From Octopus bimaculoides (Eukaryota): a DNA stretch of 64,000 bases. The notes below the pieces were generated by a model, which worked only from the letters and a program-made list of their open reading frames with translations, ran no database searches and had not been told where the DNA came from. Both the position numbers and the translations under genes were made by a program. Where the stretch lies: NCBI RefSeq assembly GCF_001194135.2, contig NC_068996.1, positions 18,078,942 to 18,142,941 of the forward strand, written 5' to 3'. Each line of letters starts with the position of its first letter. The stretch's first letter is position 1. This document shows, in pieces, positions 13,031 through 26,434 of the stretch.

Positions 13031-14581
13031 GTTAGTTTTATGTGGCTCTTTCTTCCTTATTTGCTGCCTTTTTCAAATAAATTATTAAAATCACACATAG
13101 CACGCACATTGCAGTTGAGACATAGGAACTGTTCATGAGGCTGTTTTAATTAAGTATACCATACATTTTACATTCAGTATTTACGAAGTAGTTTTCATTT
13201 TATTTCAATCATTTTCACTGTGTTATGTTTGGTATATTTCGACTGGACTTATATTTTGTTCGCAGCTGAGTTAATTTTTCTATGACGTTAATAAAACGAA
13301 TGCTCAATATCCTATAGTACTTTTTATGCTGTATGTTTACTTATTCGTGAGGTTTACGTTGAAGTTTTTCATTCATTTGTGATGTTTCCTCCACCACCGT
13401 TATCTATAAAACGTTTATGTAATATAAAACTGTAGTGAATCCAGCAATTTCCCATCCATGAAATGTAAAGCTATTGTAATCAAAGACTACCTAGCCTGAT
13501 AAATTTTGATATCTTTTTTTGTTTTTGATTTTTAAGATAAATTATTTACGGAGATGTTAAGCCTTAAATGATGAGAATTGAGTAACTATATATAATTAAA
13601 GACCTATCCGTTATCAGCCATTTCTTCGGACATGTGTATCTAGGATTACATTCTTTCGTGTTCTTGTTAAGAAGCTAGGGTGTTTTGAGGAGGGAGATTT
13701 ATCAGTTATTTTTGTAGCTAAGTTTCTGCGGCTCTAGTGTTGATAGTGACATTAAAGTCTCTAAATGATTTACACTTAACTGATTAGTAATAATTATAAT
13801 GTTCATAGTAATTATATTTCGCATCCTAATAAACTTTCGTTTGTGTTTGTATCATTTTTATAGCGACTATTTTGTAGTTGATAAAATTTAAATCTTGCTA
13901 AATCTCTTAGAGAAATAGTGAAAATATTTACTTGGCAAGACAAATTACAAAAACATAACTTTTCATTTCATTCTTCAAATTTTCAAAATTCAGTTATGAT
14001 TCTTTAGATTTTTTTTTCCTGTTATTACTTGTTCAACGAGTTATTTACAAAGTAACTTTTAATTCCTCAAAAATCGAGAACTCTTAACTGCAGGAGAAAA
14101 TTGATAATTTCTCTTTTTACGTTTTAATTTTTCTTCAAATATTTTGGTGTTAAATACTCAGAATGAGTCTTTTCTCCAATATATTATGTTCCACAGAATA
14201 CAACATTGTTTTACTATCATAATTCCCTTTAAAAATTGTTCAGGGAAGTGAAAGGCCCTCCTCTCATTTATTCATTTTGTGTGACTTAAGGGGGAAAAAA
14301 TTGTGTGGTATAGATAGAGGTGAAACTAACAAATTTTAAATATTTAAATATAAATAACAAAAACTGATAAATATTTTCCAAGTGAGAGACTTCATAAATA
14401 AAAATTCAATCAATATTTTAATTTAGATGTAAATGAACCAATGTTAGTTCGATTACTTTAGGTACTTGATTGTTAGAGATTCATTGATTTCCTTCTGTTC
14501 CTATTATTGTTTTTCTGTAGTCTTAAATGATATCTATTTTCTTTTCTTTTTTTTATAGTCGAAACCTCCCAGCTTGGTACT

Positions 14582-14747
14582 ATGCAGAGGGACAATGATG
14601 TCAGCAATGCCTTGAAGAAAACAGTTGCAAATGTATCGGGCCTGGCATCCCAGCAGCAGCAAAACTCTTCTGCTGGGTTCAAGCAGAGTGTTTTACAGCA
14701 TTATGTGCTTACACCACATGAAGCTGAGCCAGATAGGCAGGCAATTG
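14582..14747 (+). CDS. dom: Domino/SRCAP/EP400-like remodeller, coding exon 1 (acceptor at 14558/14559, ATG 14582)
   Basis: Long pyrimidine tract ending TTTTATAG|TC. ATG at 14582 gives MQRDNDVSNALKKTVANVSGLASQQQQNSSAGFKQSVLQHYVLTPHEAEPDRQAI. Strong G|GTGAGT donor, phase 1, joins exon 2 in frame. Not in ORF track. Confidence 0.7.
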
Positions 14748-15209
14748 GTGAGTAAACTCTACACTTTCTGTATAGATATAGCACGGTAAGAAAGGTACCG
14801 CTAAAACATAAGATATAATGAGAGATGTCATCAATATCTTCATCACCATTATTGTTTTGACATCCACTTTCCCATACTTTCATGGGTCAGATGGAGTTTG
14901 CTGAGGTGGATTTTCTGTGATTAAATGTCCTTCCTGTTGCCAACCCTCACCTATTTTCAACCAAGATATTTCCTCATGGCTAAATGTGTTTTCACAGAAT
15001 ATTGGAAAGGAACAACAGGGACACTCATTTACAGTTATCACAAAATACCAAGACAAGACATTCACACACGTATACACATGCATGTGTGCGATATGCTTGT
15101 CTCGGTTTCCACTTAATTCACTCACCAGACTTGGTTAGCAAAATGCTTGCCCAAGATACCACACAGTGGGACTGAACATGTAATTGAGAAGTAAATGTAA
15201 TATGTGGAT

Positions 15210-15357
15210 AGTGGTTGGCGTTAGGAAGGGCATCCAGCTGTAGAAACTCTGCCAAATTTAGATTGGAGCCTGGTGTTGCCATCCGGTTTCACCAGTCCTC
15301 AGTCAAGTCGTCCAACCCATGCTAGCATGGAAAGCGGACGTTAAACGATGATGATGA
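15210..15357 (+). mobile_element. Young RTE LINE 3'-end copy
   Basis: AGTGGTTGGCGTTAGGAAGGGCATCC...GGACGTTAAACGATGATGATGAT. Confidence 0.85.
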
Positions 15358-15372
15358 TATGTAAATGTGTGT

Positions 15373-15712
15373 GTGGAGGCGTAATGGCCCAGTTGTTAGG
15401 GCAGTGGACTCATGGTCATAGGATCGTGGTTTCGATTCCCAGACCAGGCATTGTGAGTGTTTATTGAGTGAAAACACCTAAAGCTCCAAGAGGTTCCGGC
15501 AGGGGATGGTAACGAACCCTGCTGTACTCTTCTCATTTCTGTTGTACCTGTATTTCTAAGGGCCAACCTTGTTTGCACTGTGTCATGCTGAATATCCTTG
15601 AGAACTACGTTAAGGGTACACGTGTCTGTGGAGTGCTCAGCCACTTGCACGTTAATTTTACGAGCAGGCTGTTCTGTTGATTGGATCAACTGGAACCCGC
15701 AACGGAGTGCCA
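15373..15712 (+). mobile_element. tRNA-derived SINE family A copy
   Basis: A-box-like TGGCCCAGTTGTTAGGGC and B-box-like GGTTTCGATTCCC; body shared with 2553-2899. Confidence 0.8.
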
Positions 15713-16140
15713 TGATATATAGATAGGTGAGATCATATGAAATAAAGAAAAAGGGGTGGCATTAGAATAGGGAGTTAGTGCTAAAACAAATGTATGTTTA
15801 TGTAAGTACTACATAGGGACTTATATAAAGCTTACTGGTGCCATGACTATTGAAATCAATACACATGGTTCAGATTCTCAAAATGTAATGAACAGTAATA
15901 GGAAATTTTTAATGATACTTGGTCAATTTTTCTGAAAGTGATTAAGATTGATTTGGGTTATAAATTCAAACATTCATTAATTTCTTGGATTTTTGAATAC
16001 TTAAAATATCCATATTGATGTAATAATATATTTGAATAAATTAAAGGGGTTTATTTTTTACATTAATTTAAATAAATGAATCTAAATTTGTTTTCTGTCC
16101 TTGTTTCTGTTTTGCTAATGGATTTATATTTTTGTTTCAG

Positions 16141-16934
16141 AAATGTTTTCTCCTGTTTCAATACAAAGATCACCACAACCCCAAACTCCACTCCAAGCAG
16201 CTGCAGCAGCAACAGTTGTAGTTACACAGCCCAGTACACTTGCTAGTCATTCAACTTTGTCAATACAGGATGCAAATGCAATCCAGCAGGTGCTTTCAAT
16301 TGCATCTTCAGCTGCTCGTTTACAAACACAAGCACAACCAAATATGTCTGGAACTATTCATCACCATGGGCAGCAATGTCAGTTGAGTGTATCTGGGAGT
16401 GGTTTATCACCACTTTCTGTTAATGTAGCTAACCATCAACAACCTCAGCCTGTGTTTGGAATGAGTTTACCAACTCATCGATTCACTCAAAGGCTGCCAT
16501 GTGGCACAAGTTCGGGAGCAAATGTCGCTGTAACAACAACAGATGCTAGTGTAACCTCAATTACTTGCTCATCTCTAGACTCTTCACAAGTGCTCACTTC
16601 AAGTGCTGGCAACTTCTCACTTAGTACGTCGGCATCAACATCTACAACAGTTGCGCCACCTAGAAAACGGATTAAACTAGAAGAGAAACCTCCTAGTACA
16701 CCGGAAATAGCTGCATATAGGAAAAAAATTATAGACTTTAAACTTAAAGAAATGGCTGAATTAAAAGAAAACTATTCTGAACATTGGACAGAATGTTATT
16801 TTTTAAATGGTAGTGGGAATATTATGGATTTCCTCCATTGGAAGAAACGTCCTCCATTACAACTTGTTCAGTTTTTAAAAGCAAAATCTTTGGACAGTGA
16901 TGATGAAGATGAAACATTGGAGTTGGATTCCTCA
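16141..16934 (+). CDS. dom: dom exon 2: Q/S/T-rich N-terminus plus EP400_N-like block
   Basis: TTTCAG|AA acceptor (phase 1). ORF 16143 frame, includes PPRKRIKL (NLS-like) and YRKKIIDFKLKEMAELKENYSEHWTECYFLNGSGNIMDFLHWKKRP. Donor TCA|GTAAGA, phase 0. Confidence 0.9.
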
Positions 16935-18009
16935 GTAAGATATGACACTTCTTTCATTTCTAGAAAAATACACCAAATATTTGCAAATAGTTTTACTTTA
17001 ATATATGACTATTATATTGTTTTAAACATTTAACCCATAAGAATTTAAAATGGCCATTTCAGCCTCTGTCTTTTTATGTTAAAACTGGCCAGAGTTAGCC
17101 TCTTACACCTACCCTACAATGTCATTCTAAAAATAAATAACCATATCAAAATCTCATTGCTTCAAGATTATATATGGTTCATTCAAATCAACGTAAATAA
17201 GTTTTACATTTGACAGAGTAATCTTAACACTAAAGAGTCCATACATTTTATCCTAGTTATACAAAGATAAAACATATTTCCCGTTATTTCATTTAGTGTG
17301 CCCAAACTGGGCACACAGCTCTTGTTTCACGTTTGCATTTTATCTGTCTTACTTAGTAATATTATAATTGGTTTGGGATATCTGAACATTACCTGGTAAG
17401 ATCATCATAAATTTTACGTAACTCCTGAAGAGTTTTATATTATTAATCAGAGAAATGTTTTATACCAGAAATTTTAGACCAAAATGTCATTGGGTTTCCA
17501 TAATCTGCTTCTTAGATTATAACTTTGCTAAATACTATGTAAGTAACAGTGTAAATATGAACTTTCATGATTAGTCTAGGACTAATCATGAATGTATGAT
17601 AGCACAAGAAACTGGCTTACTATTTTTCCCAGGTTGATCTAACACTTTTAGATGTATCTGATAAGTTAGATTTGTTACTTAACATTATATCAATGAAAAT
17701 CTCAGTTTAATTTGCCAGGTTCAAAATACAGAATTGTCTTACCAAGTATTAGATAATTAATCAGATATATCATCATTAAATGATGGTGGTGACACTAATG
17801 ACTATTGTTGGATTTACTTCATTTTATTTAGTGTTTAACATGTAAAAGAAAGCGATAGTGGTGGACTTCATAATTTCCTAAACCCAGATTTTTTTTTGTT
17901 TATGATGCAAACACAGCCATTACCACAAAAGTGTTATTTCTGTGAGATAGCATACTCTTCACAAATTTCAACTCTAAGGCACAGTTCACTAGCTAATCGA
18001 GCACCCCCC

Positions 18010-18019
18010 NNNNNNNNNN
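18010..18019. other. Assembly gap (N)
   Basis: 10 N. Confidence 1.
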
Positions 18020-19179
18020 ATTTATATGTTAACTACTGATTCTTGTTGTAAATTTAGATGTTTTTGCAGGTGGTAGTTAGAAAATCTCACAATATTGTTC
18101 ACTGGAAGTTGTATCTTTTTAGATTTTCATTATCAACACACGCATTCTATATTCAACTCAAAGATTCATATTTATACTTTGAAAGCTGCATTTAGAAAGG
18201 CAATGCATAATTAATCTGACCATCCACCCATTTACAACTTGCTACTTGCTATTGGATAAAGATGAAGCCTAATACTATTTGTCTTTTGTGAATTAGAAGT
18301 TTTGTTTCATCATTTTCTTTTTTTGTTGTTTTAATGGAACTTCTAAAATATTTTGTTACCTCATCATAACTGTCAATATTACCATACATTTTCATTTTCA
18401 TACTGGCATGGTTTGTATGGGTTATCACAGTCTAAATCAATTCTTATTTAGAGTTACTTCCCTTCTTGGTATGGTTGGTGACCATACATCATTTGCATAT
18501 TTTGGTGTGGTTTCCCCATCTGGTTTCCGTTCTTAATACCAGCCACTTGACAGAGTGAGTGCATTTTATTGTGCTGCCAGTACCAAAGAAATTGTCATGT
18601 TATTTACACAATGAAACCAAAATTGACTACAAAAATATACTTGGTTCACTTATTTTATAACAAGTACTTGTGAGGTAGCTTTGTGCTCTGCAAGACAGAA
18701 TTCTTACTGTTTAATTATGTCTCCATTCATTCATAGCAATGTGACTAAGAAGAGGGGCATGTAGACTATGTCTGAATGGAGAAAATAGAAAGGGTTTGAA
18801 GAGAGGGGTGCTTGAGGTGATAGCGTAGAAGGAAGACTTGGGAAAGACAGTGTTGGAGGAGTAACAACAGAAGGTAGATTGTAATAGTAGCTACATGGTT
18901 GAGAGGTGGGATGAATTGTACAAATGATCTGTGGCAAGAGAGTGGCAGTGGGCGGTATAGAAGAGGGAGTAATGTTAGCTGGTAAGGGAGAATATGGATT
19001 TCAATAAAAGAGTGACCTGAAGTGGGGAGCGAGAGGCTGATAGCAGGTGTAATGGATGGTATTGTGCAGTGACTAGGAGAGAGAAGGTGATAAAAGACGA
19101 TAGGGTATTGAATCACCAAGAAAGGTGGCAAATAGACTTAGCAAGAACAAAATGGAAGGAAGGTACAGATATAGATGTA

Positions 19180-20130
19180 AGTCTTCCTTGGTTTGCTTCT
19201 TTGGCATGTTCCATTCATTTTCAACACTTGGTGCGTCTTTAAGTGCCTGACACCATAGTCTTCTCTTGCATTACTACATCTACTATTTTATATTGAGATC
19301 TCTCATTTCATTTGCACTCCATTGTTCTTACCCATTAACATTACACATCCAACAAAGCATGCTTACTTCTTTTTCTTTCTAGTCTTTGAAAATTCTTTAC
19401 ATTGAAGGCTTTGTCTTACTACAATTTTGCACTTCAAGCATAAGCGTTATACAATATCACATTCATTCTGAAGGGGAAGGCTTTAAGTTGCCAACAAAGA
19501 TAATAGCACCCCCAACTTTTCCAACCTCTTCTTACTTTTGGATAATGTGCTTTTAAGAGAACCCACTCCAGCTACTAATTAGGCCTAGGTAGGTAATACA
19601 TACTATCAACTAATTCAAAGGAGCTTCTCAAGCTTTTGAGAGAATCTATTTCTTGAATGCTCTTAGTTCTTATTCACCTGTTGCATGTGAATTCTGCCTT
19701 TTCTGTTGGTTTGGCCTCTGATCCAATTACATTTGATGTGTGTCCATAGTTTACACTGGGTACACTCTATGGAATTTCTGTATACTAGGCTCAGCCATTT
19801 CGTCGATGGTATTAAGGTCTTGTCTTCTTTCTAACTTATTAATATTGGACTTTTTTTTTTATCTTTCAATACCAGGTTTTGCTTTCACATCTGAAATTTC
19901 TCCAAATACTATACAGTTTCTACCATAAAACCTAGATTGTCGGCATAGAGGTATTCCCATGGCTAGCTGAGTTTAAACTCATTTGCTGAGAACTGAACTG
20001 GTGGATTCCTATTGGCTTATTATTCACTGCTGACTCTTTGATTCTCACCTTGCTGACTGCACATTCATACATGACTTGTACAACCTCACAATCCTTAGTG
20101 ACTATTAAATTTCAGAGGGATGAACCTTCT
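19180..20130 (-). mobile_element. Old degraded LINE (RTE-like) fragment(s)
   Basis: The GGGGAAGGCTTT and CCCCCAACTTTTCC-type segments parallel the 49750-49800 LINE region; no intact ORF; boundaries approximate. Confidence 0.4.
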
Positions 20131-22868
20131 TAGTTTCATTAGTGATCACTATTTTGCATACATGGAACTCTAGCATTAACAATGTAATGCTTGTAAAGTT
20201 CTTCATCTTTGGATAGATTTCTAGTCTTAGTTACATCTACTAAAGTTCTTTAGAATGTTTATTATTATAATTACGGCCTTGTAATTTGTTGATTTGTTTT
20301 ATGAACATTTAATCCCAGATGTTCTTGATGCTTCATTTTAGTTTGATTTTCAAATGGAAACTAGTTTATAATAATTGCAAATAAGGTATAAGTTTTGAAG
20401 CGTTAACAGCTACCTTTCAGTTATCTAGCCCTCTCTCACAGGTATATTGTTCAATGCCTTAGTTTTATGTGTGTATCTGTCTGATGGCTGTCCTCTCATG
20501 ACCAAAGAAGACCATCACAGTCCACTAAGAACAGTGTGCATTCAGACAAAATTATATTTTATCTTTCGCTGGTGACTGATGAGCCCTGCTCTTGATTGAC
20601 ATACATGTCTGCAGATACTACTGACAAAACATTTCCCATTCACTGCACTGGCAGTGTGTTTTTGAGTTGCTCACTTCAGTTAATGCACAATGTGCATTTC
20701 TTCAAAAACATTCTCTCTTTCCTTTACTCATTTTCTCCCATATTTCACCTGCCTTCAATGAGGACTTTACACAATCCTTAAACTGTAGTCTTGGTTTTTG
20801 CTGGAGGCACTTTCTACAAACGACTTCATTATATAGCATCTATAGGAATCCTCTGGTCATTCATCTGAACAAGGTGCCCAGCCCAATGTAATCACTACTT
20901 GTGTGCCATTATCTCACTGCTCAGGATGTGCTATCTGTGAAAATTTACTGCATATTTAGTTGTAAATCTTGATTGTATTTTAGTATTTCCACTCCACTTT
21001 TCTCTCAAGTAATCATGTAATTAAATGGGTTCAGCAATATATATATATATATATATGTATGTATATATAAAACTCAAGAATTGAGGTGTAGGAAGAAAGT
21101 GAGCTTCAAGCAATCTGTAGAAAATATTAAAAAACAGCTTTCAGGAGCAATAGTGGTTTATTGGAGTGGAAGGTTGTGGATTTTTTCTGCATGAAAGTAT
21201 AAGCTGAAAAAATTTTATATTTCATGGTCGGCAGCCAGGTGTGCAAATAAAAATACAAGAGTTAAGAAATGACTCCATTCTTTAACTGTGTATGTATGTG
21301 TATATATTTCACAACTTCCATTCTTATCGTACAAAGTCAATAGTGAGTGTTAAAACTTGATAATTCTCACATTTCACAAAAACTAGCTCATGGAATACTC
21401 TTAAAATTGTTTAAGTTATATTGGCTTTTGAATTTGACTGCCATTCTTAATATCTTGTCATTTTACTTTAAATTCCAAGGAGCAATAAAGAAAAAAAAGT
21501 CATTCATTCAGATTCTGATGTTTGCACTAGTATGCTGATAATTTTTATTTGATTTTCTTTGTGTGTAAACTTTTATTAAAACACTTAAACCACAATTCAT
21601 TTCTTAATATTTTTTTTTTCTATCTGTATTTAAGTTTTTGTCCACTGAATAATTTACTACTAATTACACTTGACTATTTTGTAATTTTAAGATATTTCTG
21701 TAAGGGTATTTTGACAAACTCCAATTTTTAACCTCTTTTTTTAAAAACATTCAGTAAATATCTTGCATAAGTGTACTACATTTTCCCAGATATAAACACT
21801 ATTCTTACATCAGCTAATTTCTTTAGGCATTGTTTGGGATTTTGGGATTAAATAACATTTTTCTTATGTAATCATTTCATTGTTTGCTACATATTTTCAC
21901 TGAAACACTGCTCCTCGGGTCTTTAACACTTTAGCATTCAGGTCTCTTTGCCAAATGTTATGCTTATTTATTCCCATTGTTTTGAATTAACCATGCATTA
22001 TTTTGTTGCTTCAAGATTTCAATGGTGTGCTTGTATATTTTTAGAGTGGTGGGAGAGGTTGAATCTGGTCAGTTTTTAACATAAAACATGAAATATTTGG
22101 GCTGGATATGGCCAGATTAAATGCTAAAACAAAAATAGTGTTATATTAAATAAGCATATAACCATTTCTACACAATTATGATTTTGATTTTTTTTTTATT
22201 GTTATTGATTGATAATAATTTTATGGTATATGGTAACTGTTACAACACTGAATCTTTGAAGTTAGAGTAGGTTTAGTAATGCATTTTATATTATTTTAAA
22301 ACAGGTATTGGTGTTTGATGTCAAATGTTCTCGAGTATATGATTATTAAAGCTTAAACATGATTAGAAATATTTTGTCATATTAACTTCCTTTTATTGAT
22401 AACACTTTTGGAAAAAGAACCCCCCCCTCAAAAAAAAAACCCCATTCAATCTTGACATAACAGTAGGAAATCTGTCAAAAATTGATCGGGTATTTTGTAG
22501 AATATAGAACACTTCTAAGAAAATATCAGCTTTAGTACGAGGGAATGAATTGGGATTAAAGTATAGAACTGCCCCATTCTTTGTATGTATTGAATCTCTA
22601 TATAAAAAGACAGTAATGTGAATATTTAAACATCAAAATATTTCTTAGTAAGTTACTTTAAAACTTGATGAATTAGTTATTTTTGGAGATATAAATCATA
22701 TTTGACATGTCAAGAAGTTCATTTATTAAAATTTTTCATTTACTTTTAATAATTGACGTATCTATAATTCAGTGGTTGTTTTGAAACTATCACTTTTTAA
22801 TTACAGAATTCATATCATTTGTGATAATGTATTAAAAGAAAACAATTACTTTATTGATTTCATTGCAG

Positions 22869-22974
22869 CCAATGAAGAATACTGGAAATGTCGGGAGTGT
22901 TTTGTCAGCCCAAAATTTGGCAACAAGTACACCAACAACTCTTACACCCACATTGGCAGCATTAACACAGCAAG
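22869..22974 (+). CDS. dom: dom exon 3 (alternative in-frame donor at 23112)
   Basis: TTGCAG|CCA acceptor, phase 0. PMKNTGNVGSVLSAQNLATSTPTTLTPTLAALTQQ. Donors AAG|GTATTG (22974) and AGG|GTATCA (23112), both phase 1. Confidence 0.75.
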
Positions 22975-24373
22975 GTATTGCAGTATTTCAACTTGCACCA
23001 TCTCCTCTCACACTTAATCCTGGTAGTTTGGAGTGGTTACAAGAGTTTCAGAGACAAATTTCTTCACAACAGCTACAACAACAACAACAGCATCATCATC
23101 ATCATCAACAGGGTATCACCACATTTCCTACTGAAGACATTCAATGTGGCTAGCACAGCATTGTCCTCTGTTCAGTATGCTTAAGAATGGCTTTTTCAGT
23201 GAGAATAACCATTCCTATGTTGTCTGCATGCTTTGTAGTATATATCAACATTCATTTTCTCTATCATTCTGGAAAGCTCCTGGTGAAATTGTTTCCAGGA
23301 TGGATGTCTTTGGTGTTATATATGGTTTTGTGGTTGATTATAAACAAATTTTGGGTTTTATTTTCACAATATACATATTAGGAAAATTTTTTAAATATTC
23401 TTGATTCAATGTAAATTAGCAGTTAGAGACGTAGATATAATTTTAAGCTCAGTCTGTTGTTGCGATTAATTATGATTACTATTATTAAGTAGAATTTTAT
23501 TTTAATGTTACAAGTAAACTTAGCTTTTCATTTCTGCTTTGAATGTTTGATTTTTCAATTATCTAATTTCATTATTTTTAGTTCTGTATTTTAAGTTAAA
23601 TTCCGTAAAGCACTAAATTTTAAAGATTATTTAATTTAAGTAAAGTTACAATTTGAAAGTCATATTTAGTAAAATAGTTTCATAGAAAAGAATATAGAAC
23701 CTAGTTTATTTCGGATTTTCAGAATTTATTAAAATAGATATTGTTTGCTTTTCATATATAAATTTTGCTTCCACAGCATGCTATTATATCCATATACTTG
23801 TTTGAATGTTAAAGTGAAGTGTTTTATTGAATGTGTCATCAATAAGAATGGTTTTATTTCGATTTAAATTTTATTAGCTTTGATATTTATATTTAATTTT
23901 TGCTGGATTCGTGTATGTCCATTAGTGAATATGTGTTTTTGTATGTGCTTGTATGTATGATGAATGTATGTGTGTGTGTGTTTATACAGACATGCACAAA
24001 TATTGAAAGGTAAGTATGAAGTTTTACTCTGTTACTAAAAATTAAAATCACATTTGTGATGATTTAAGTTAAAACGTTCATTATTTACTGTAACTATGAA
24101 AATTTAAAAACCCAGCAAAATTTTTGGTTAATTTTAATTCATAATGATTATTTAATTTTTATTCTTGCTCAACAGTTTTGATGACAATCCTTTGTGAACT
24201 CTGTTAACAGTTAATCTTTAAACTAGTAATTACTGTATTGGTTTCGAATAGCAAATTTAAACTGAAAAGATGTGTAAAATAAGTATCTGAATAACCTATC
24301 GTATGCTGCATGTATATTTTTTATCTTCACCCAGTATTGGTATATTTAAATAAATTATCTTTGGAAAATTTAG

Positions 24374-24665
24374 GTTTGCCTGTAATTAGTGCTGCTCCAA
24401 TTAGCAGTCCAGCTAGTGCTAGCTCTTGTGTCCCCACGGCAACAGCTACAAGTACTGTCACTACTACTACAGTTATAACAGTTTCCACGACACCCACACC
24501 AACAGATAGTAGTACATCTGGATCTATTTCAACATCTACAGTTGTCTCTCAGACATTACCTCTGCATTTATCAACGATTACCACATCATCAACGAAAACG
24601 ACAGATGTAAAACCTTCTGTTGCACAGTCATCTCAAATTATCAAGAATGCTCTTTTATCTCCTGT
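24374..24665 (+). CDS. dom: dom exon 4, Thr/Ser-rich
   Basis: TTTAG|GT acceptor, phase 1. GLPVISAAP...KNALLSPV. Donor GT|GTAAGA, phase 2. Confidence 0.85.
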
Positions 24666-24774
24666 GTAAGATACAATTTTTATTAATACAATTTACATTT
24701 TTCACTTTGAATTTTAAATAGTTTCCTGTAATATACACCATGCTTAATTTTGGGTTTTATGTTGTTTCATTTAG

Positions 24775-25099
24775 TGGGACCCAATCAATGGTGCGGACAC
24801 CGAAGTCTCCAACGTCTCCAGCACATCGTTTGAATACTCGACAGCAAGCTATTTCAGCAGTATATGACAGTGCTATTGGTTCACAAGAAGCTATTGTTGA
24901 GAGGGCCAAACAAGAAGCTCAAGTGATGCACAGGGTAGCTGAACTCAGGAAAGATGGTCTTTGGTCAGCACGGCGCCTGCCTAAAGTACAGGAACCAATC
25001 AGGAATAAAGCCCATTGGGATTACCTACTGGAAGAAATGCAGTGGCTAGCAGCTGATTTTGCTCAGGAAAGAAAGTGGAAAAAGGCTGCAGCTAGAAAG
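24775..25099 (+). CDS. dom: dom exon 5, HSA domain start
   Basis: AIVERAKQEAQVMHRVAELRKDGLWSARRLPKVQEPIRNKAHWDYLLEEMQWLAADFAQERKWKKAAARK is the SWR1/p400 HSA signature. TTAG| acceptor; AAG|GTGAAT donor. Confidence 0.95.
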
Positions 25100-26140
25100 G
25101 TGAATTTAAAATGGAAGTGTATTAGTAAAATGCATGTGTGCGTTTTCAATCCCACTAAGTGGTATCTTGCGAAAAGGGTTTTCTACTGTATCTTTGGGTT
25201 GAGCTTTGCTTTCCGAGTAAATTGGAATAGGTGGAACCCCCTTATATGGTGGGTTGGTTGAATGGCAGAAATTTTCTTTGCATTTTAGTTATATTCTGAG
25301 ATGAAATTTCATGTTGAGCAACTTTGCCTTTAAATGGCGATACGTGTGTATATACAGGTGTGGTTGAACATTTAATGTCTGTTTGCTGTCAATGAGTTCC
25401 TGGATTCAGTTCTATTGTAGGGACTGTACCTGTAGAAAAAGAAAGGCCAACTTTTCCACATAAAATGCAGCATTTAATTCACCTGAAGATTATGTTGCAA
25501 AAGCTTTTAAGAACACTCAGCTACTTACATTAAAATGCTGTAAGATTATAAATTCTTTTGAATAAACAGGAGTATTCATTGTTGAAAACATACATGTGCA
25601 CGTGTATACATTGACGATTGAAGTAAGTTTTCTGTTGAGCTCTAAGCACTGAAGTATTAGTATTCTAATAAATAATTGGTTAAATAACCTGATTGGTTTC
25701 GAATAGGATATGTTATGATTATCAAATACCAAACGCTTTGACATTTCTTTTTACCTCACAATTTTGATGCCAACTGGAATCAATATCAGTTCTCCAGTTT
25801 TGTGATAACCAACTTTCCATTTTAAAAGTGACCTAAATTTTAAAGCCTTCCATCAAACATTCATGTTAATTGTTCTAAACACTAGATTAATTAATGACAA
25901 AGTTATTTTAATAATTTCTTCAGTGTTCTTCAAATTGAAAGGAAGCCACTGTATTTCAGCAGAAATATGGTAACAAAAGAGTTAACATATTTGAATCTGG
26001 AGAGGAATACACATGGTCTTAGCTAATCTGAAAGTTTGATATTAGTAATTTGTTTGTTTCTAAAGTGCTGAAACTGTAAATTTATTTGATACTGATTAGA
26101 ACATTGTATTTTACTAGAGGTTTTGAAATTTATTTTTTAG

Positions 26141-26281
26141 CTATCCCGTATGGTTGCTAAATATCACCAAGAACAAGATCAAAAAGAACAGAAAGCTGTG
26201 AAAGAGGAAGCCCAGAAATTGAAAAGAATAGCCGGTCAAGTGGCAAAACAAGTGAAAGAATTTTGGGCTAACATCGAAAAG
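26141..26281 (+). CDS. dom: dom exon 6, HSA helix
   Basis: LSRMVAKYHQEQDQKEQKAVKEEAQKLKRIAGQVAKQVKEFWANIEK; phase 0-0. Confidence 0.93.
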
Positions 26282-26434
26282 GTTTATACAATCAAATATT
26301 TGTTGCATTCTTTTAGTTCATTTTTTCCTGTTATACCATATTTTTTACCAGCTTTCTAGGGTTGAGCAATTTATCCTGTAAATTGTCAAAAAAACAACCA
26401 AACAATTTATAGTTTTCCAGGCATTTATATTTAA

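Larger units (their letters stand above)
9900..14100. promoter_or_regulatory. CpG-retaining promoter zone, possibly bidirectional
   Basis: By eye CG dinucleotides are much more frequent here than in dom introns. CACGTG E-box (GTCACGTGG on minus) at 11225-11233. GC-box-like GCATGCGCG and TTCGCGCG near 10.9 kb. Strong minus-strand donor ACG|GTGAGT at 10848. Confidence 0.45.

Noticed and set aside
15373-15460. tRNA-like sequence with A/B boxes (also 36983-37060)
   Set aside because: Continues into a repeated body found elsewhere in the window, so it is a SINE head rather than a tRNA gene.
18731-19131. Pro/Leu/Ser-rich minus ORFs here and at 60007-60324
   Set aside because: Arise from GA-rich, strand-biased repeat-associated sequence; no splice or domain support.
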